NCBI GenBank assembly: GCA_964016885.1
Contig: OZ024743.1
Coordinates: forward strand, 193,998,001-194,062,000
Length of the DNA stretch: 64,000 bases
Source: Eledone cirrhosa
Taxonomy: Eukaryota
Direction of reading: 5' to 3'
Shown here: one piece after another, positions 59,507 to 64,000 of the stretch
How the letters are laid out: each line of letters starts with the position of its first letter
Position numbering within the stretch: position 1 is the stretch's first letter
The notes under the pieces: generated by a model
The model's database searches: none
What the model was told of the DNA's origin: nothing
The model's input: only the letters and a program-made list of their open reading frames with translations
Translations under genes and position numbers: made by a program

Positions 59507-61522
59507 TTAATTGTAAGTTGTGATGTAACTGTTCCACTCATGTTTTCTATTTAATTTTGGTTGTAATTCATTTATGATTATTGCCTCTGTGATTTGTCTA
59601 AACATTGCGTCTTTTCTGTTTGTAGATTCTATTTTTATTTCTATGTTCTCTAATTTACCCTTATGTTCTATTTTAGCATGTTGGTAGAGTACAGGTGATT
59701 CTTTACTATCTTGAAGGTCTCGCCAGTGTTCATTTATCCGTTCCCCTATACTACGAGCTGTCTCACCTATGTACACTATATTTTTATCTCTACATTGTCC
59801 TTCAGTACATCTTATGCTATATACTACATTTCTAGTTTTACAGTTAATATGGGGGCTTAATTTACAGATTATACATTTCTTATCTATACAGGGAGGTTTT
59901 TGAAAAGGGTATGTCTTGCTAATAAGTGTTTTTATGGAGGTACCTGGTCTTTCTACTATCTTAATATTGAGTTTATGTTTATCTAGGGCCCTTCTAAATT
60001 TGTAAGCTAATTCACCTCTAGGGGTTGTCTCGATGAACATTACACTCTGGTATTTATTGCTATCATACCATGAGTTTATTCTATTAGCCTTATTCCTAGT
60101 TCTTTCTATTCTATTCCAAAATTTGCTCCTATACAAGGGGCAGGTCCCATTTGTGTCATTATTTACCATTTTTTCCCATTTGGTTCTGGCTCCTCTATAC
60201 ACTCTGATTTTATCTCTTTGATTGTAACCAGAGAACTGCATACGGTGGGTGAAGTGTTGTATGTGTCTCTCTAGTTCTTCGGGGTTGCACATGCGGGACA
60301 CGTTTCTCATCACCCGTACCAAATCCGCAATCAGTATGTTGATTTTGGTATGGTCCGAAAAAGTTGAGTTTCGGTGGATCAGATATTTGGAAGATATGGG
60401 TTTGGCCTAATGGGAATGGAGGATTTGTTTTTTGTTATTAATGGTATCTAACCAGAGCTCTGTGTCTAGTACAGGTAATCGATGGTTGGGGTGTTTGCTT
60501 GGGTAGTCTATAGTAACTCTAATACTCTGGTGGATGGAGTTAGCTATTTGCTGGATGCTTTTCATTGTGTTTTTCTCTAATTCCTGACTGTTCTCTAGTG
60601 GGGCTGTTTTAACTACGATGTTTATATCATCAACGTAGCGGGAGTACATTATCAGGGTTAAGGGGTCTTCTAATTGTTCTTTAAGTTTAAGTTTAAGTTT
60701 ACTGTCCCACCATACCATGAATAGGTTAGCTATGTCGCCTGCAATGCTAACACCAATGGCTGCTCCCTCCTCTTGGGCATATGTTTTTCCATTAAATTTG
60801 AACATATGTTCCTTAAGGGTTAATTTTATGCTGGCCCCCACCGCATGTGCAATCATCTTCTTTAGTTCATCGTGGTTTTCGGGGGTCCGTATGGCTCTGG
60901 TCCACCCGTTCCATCTATCTGTGTGGATTTTCTTGGCCATTGAGGTAATGGTAGGTGGTCTGCCTCTTGCTGGTCTTGTAGGGCACAGGTTGCTAAGGTC
61001 ATATGTGTCTAGATAATTATTACTATAGGTAAGTTTAAGTAGGAGTCCCAGCTCACTGGTATCAATCCCAAGGAATTCAACATTGCTCTCACTGATCATT
61101 TATTTGCATTTCTCCACAGCAAAATCCACGTCAATAGATGGATACAGGGACACAACAGCCATACTACCTATTATGCAGTTTGTTAGATCCCTAGATCGGT
61201 TACTCTCGCCGATTCTGCTGAGGAGGTCCTCCGTGCTGTCACATACATCTGGGGACATTTCAATGATGGGGCGTATGATCAGGGAGAGGAAGTAGGACAG
61301 TCTGTAGTTACTAGCAATATTAGCTCCACAGACTGGCCGTGTTGGTGATCCTGTGACAGGGTCACTGCTCGTTTTATGGTCTTTTCGAAGCCCATATAAC
61401 GCTGGCACGTCATTGTTCCAGGCCTGGAAGTTGTTGGCAGTCCTTTTGTTGGGCTGCATTATATTTGTCCACATCATCATATGGGCATTGAGGGCTTTTT
61501 CTCTATCCTCATGCTCTTGTGG
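59507..61522 (-). pseudogene. PLE RT + GIY-YIG endonuclease with two in-frame premature stops (61100-61102 and 60407-60409)
   Basis: LYGLRKDHK..RPVCG, SLYPSID, GAAIG, YSRYVDDI, LPVLD, VVYSIRC..VYIGETARSIGERINEH, PKLN; the three listed ORFs are in the same frame. Confidence 0.9.
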
Positions 61523-61895
61523 GGAAAAGAATCATAAGGGTAAATTAGAAAACATAGAAATAAAAATAGAATCTACACACAGAAAAGACGCAATGTTTAG
61601 ACAAATCACAGAGGCAATAAACATAAATGAATTACAACCAAAATTAAATAGAAAACATGAGTGGAACAGCAACATCACAACTTACAATTAAGGACAAAAT
61701 GAAAAAACACGCACGCACATAGAACAATCAACCAACCAGTAACATGTAAATAAACAAATAAATAAACGAATATAAACACACACAGACACTCGGATGTAAC
61801 ACATGCGCAAACTAAGCACACAACACACACACAAAAACAAGATGGCGTAGGACAGAACAAAGGAGAGGCACAAAAAACAAAGAAAAGAATCCCCA

Positions 61896-61938
61896 GTCAC
61901 TGAAGAGGTCACAGAATGTGTGACGAAAGAACTTTGAC
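61896..61938 (+). ncRNA. Type I hammerhead in the inverted pLTR
   Basis: gtca CTGAAGA ggtcaca gaatg tgtgac GAAA g aa CTT tgac. Confidence 0.8.
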
Positions 61939-62085
61939 AATATATAAACAACCACCTGGTTGTGCGAACCAACCAACCAACCGGAAATTTATAAATTCCT
62001 AAATTTATAAATTTATTATAATAAATTGAAGTGAAAGTAAATGGTGCCTGTGTATCTTATTGGCAACATGACCCTCCCAAAGTAT

Positions 62086-62160
<75 letters not shown>

Positions 62161-62744
62161 TATATATTAAAAAACAATGGTAATAAATGAAACAAACAAA
62201 ACACAGGGGGCAATTTTACACATATATATTAGGTTCACTCTTAGAGGAAGTAGAAAAGGTTTCGATGTTTCGGACTGATGTCCTTCTTATATATTTATGT
62301 AAACAAAACATTAACACACAGGTAAATCATATCCGAAGCCACTTATAATAACTGCTATGCTTCAACAGTTTAGAAATTTTAAATCATGCGTCCATGATTT
62401 CCTACCACACCCATGATAATTTACGAGCAATGCTAAAAAGGTGACCAATGCGACGACATTAATATAATCATTCTGATTCTGAAAATGCTGCCGTAAAGGC
62501 CTCCATACTTTAAGACACAGAGATTTAGGAATGTTACTCTTCTACAATAAACAGAGTAAACACAAACAAAAATCGTCAATAAAAAATGACCAAACTAGAG
62601 TTCAGTTGTCATTTTTCAATATAACATATTTGAGATAAAAGCTGTTCTCTACATACACATGCATGCATACTCCCCCCCCCCATATATATATATATATATG
62701 TGCACGTGGCTTAGTGGTTAAAGAGTCAGATTTACAATATTGGG

Positions 62745-63363
62745 GTGAAAGTAGATGAAACGACCCCAGTGCATTACTGGTACTTTATGTTATCGACCCC
62801 GTAAGAAAGAAGGGCAAAGCTAACCTCGGCAGGATGTGAACTCAGATCGTATGGGGCGTAACCTTATGCTATAAAGCATTTGGTCCAACGCTCTACCAAT
62901 ACTGCCACCCACCGCCCTTCTACTATAGGCAAATGGCCAGTTATTTGGGGAGAGGGGAAAGACAATTAATTCGACTCCAGTGCATTACTGGTACTTTATT
63001 TTATCGACACCGTAAAGATGAAAGATAAAGTTAACCTCGGCGGCATTTCAACTCAGATCATAAAGGGCCGTAACTCTATGTTGCAAAGCATGGTGTCCGA
63101 CCCTCTACTGATACTGCTAATCCCCCGCCCTTTTCTTGCACTAAATAATAGTTTCTCATTTAGGCACAAGGCCAACAATTTGGGGAAGGCGAAAATCGAT
63201 TAAATCGACCCAGTGCGTGACTGGTATTTTATTTTATCGACCCAGTAAGAATGAAATGCAAAGCTAGCGTCGGCGGGATTTGAACTTAGAACGTAACGGG
63301 CCCTAACTCTATACTGCAAAGCATGGTGTCCGACGTTCAACCGATACTGCTAATCCACCACCC
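62745..63363 (-). mobile_element. Cluster of three tRNA-derived SINEs in the same orientation
   Basis: Three repeats of actggtactttattttatcgac..gaactcag..tactgc.a..c.ccgccct. Confidence 0.85.
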
Positions 63364-64000
63364 TTTTCTTGCACTGAATAATAAAAATACAAACATTTCA
63401 ACAAAGGGTAAGAAATCTGTTAAGCCATCATATGCTTAGGTCGAAATTTACCAGTGAAAAACCATGACTCCAATTCTATCGTTTAACACAACCCCCCCCC
63501 CCCCCGCGCTTCCTGTTCTCTGTAAAGGTTTATCTTTTTACCACATCTCCTATCGTTATTTTACAGTTACCGAGAATCGAATAACTACACATTTGTTTAA
63601 TTATTTACAACTTTAAAAAACTGAAACCATTTTTAATACGTTATAACTGGGTATAATGTTACTGTGTCTATAATACAATAACAAACATATTCGTTTGTAG
63701 CTTCACATTCGTCAGCATATTGCTTCATTATCGTCAACTATTTCACTATCTCTCACCTTTTAATAGCTTCAGGGTTAACGATATTTTTCTTCTAAGATTT
63801 CCAGAATTTGTTAGATTCTCACATGTTTAACACAACAGGTGGTTTAAAAACACTAGTTCTCAAACTAGGGAAAAACTCATTCAAGGAAAACTAAATGTAT
63901 ATTGGGAAATATAAGAATAAAAATATAATATATAATAATATATAAAATATATAATAATATATAAAAATGAAAATACTCGAACGGTATCGCAATATTTTTG

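Larger units (their letters stand above)
59048..62090 (-). mobile_element. 5'-truncated Penelope-like element with inverted 3' end
   Basis: RT/GIY-YIG frames on the minus strand; about 61536-62090 is an inverted copy of about 59108-59666; (TA)n flanks. Confidence 0.9.

Noticed and set aside
60407-61102. Programmed readthrough or selenocysteine at the in-frame stops of the PLE
   Set aside because: The stops are TAG and TAA, not TGA, and are most simply point mutations in a truncated copy; the Naiad-like ORF has no internal TGA either
62255-62292. Possible minus-strand hammerhead (ggac atca gtcc GAAAC ATC)
   Set aside because: The CUGANGA core and helix I are not recoverable

Overview
AT-rich, microsatellite-dense eukaryotic (animal) DNA; the SINE and (TA)n content suggests a cephalopod such as Octopus (inference). 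No convincing host protein-coding gene. The window is dominated by Penelope-like retroelements (PLEs; RT + GIY-YIG) of three different lineages (7911-9655, 19970-22875, 59048-62090) and by many non-autonomous elements carrying type I hammerhead ribozymes (HHR). These retrozyme-like elements include a 664-bp x9.3 tandem array, two 310-bp arrays that each flip orientation once in the middle, and several terminally redundant monomers (316, 439, 533, 692, 777 bp). Nearly all lie inside (TA)n tracts. The most striking pattern is that about a dozen independent insertions share one architecture: two arms joined head-to-head, with the ribozyme-sense RNA pointing outward to (TA)n at both ends. This is consistent with twin target-primed reverse transcription, rolling-circle on circular RNA for the arrays. 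The remainder is tRNA-derived SINEs, RTE-type LINE fragments and simple repeats. All ribozyme calls were made by manual motif and stem inspection and are not tested; many boundaries are approximate.
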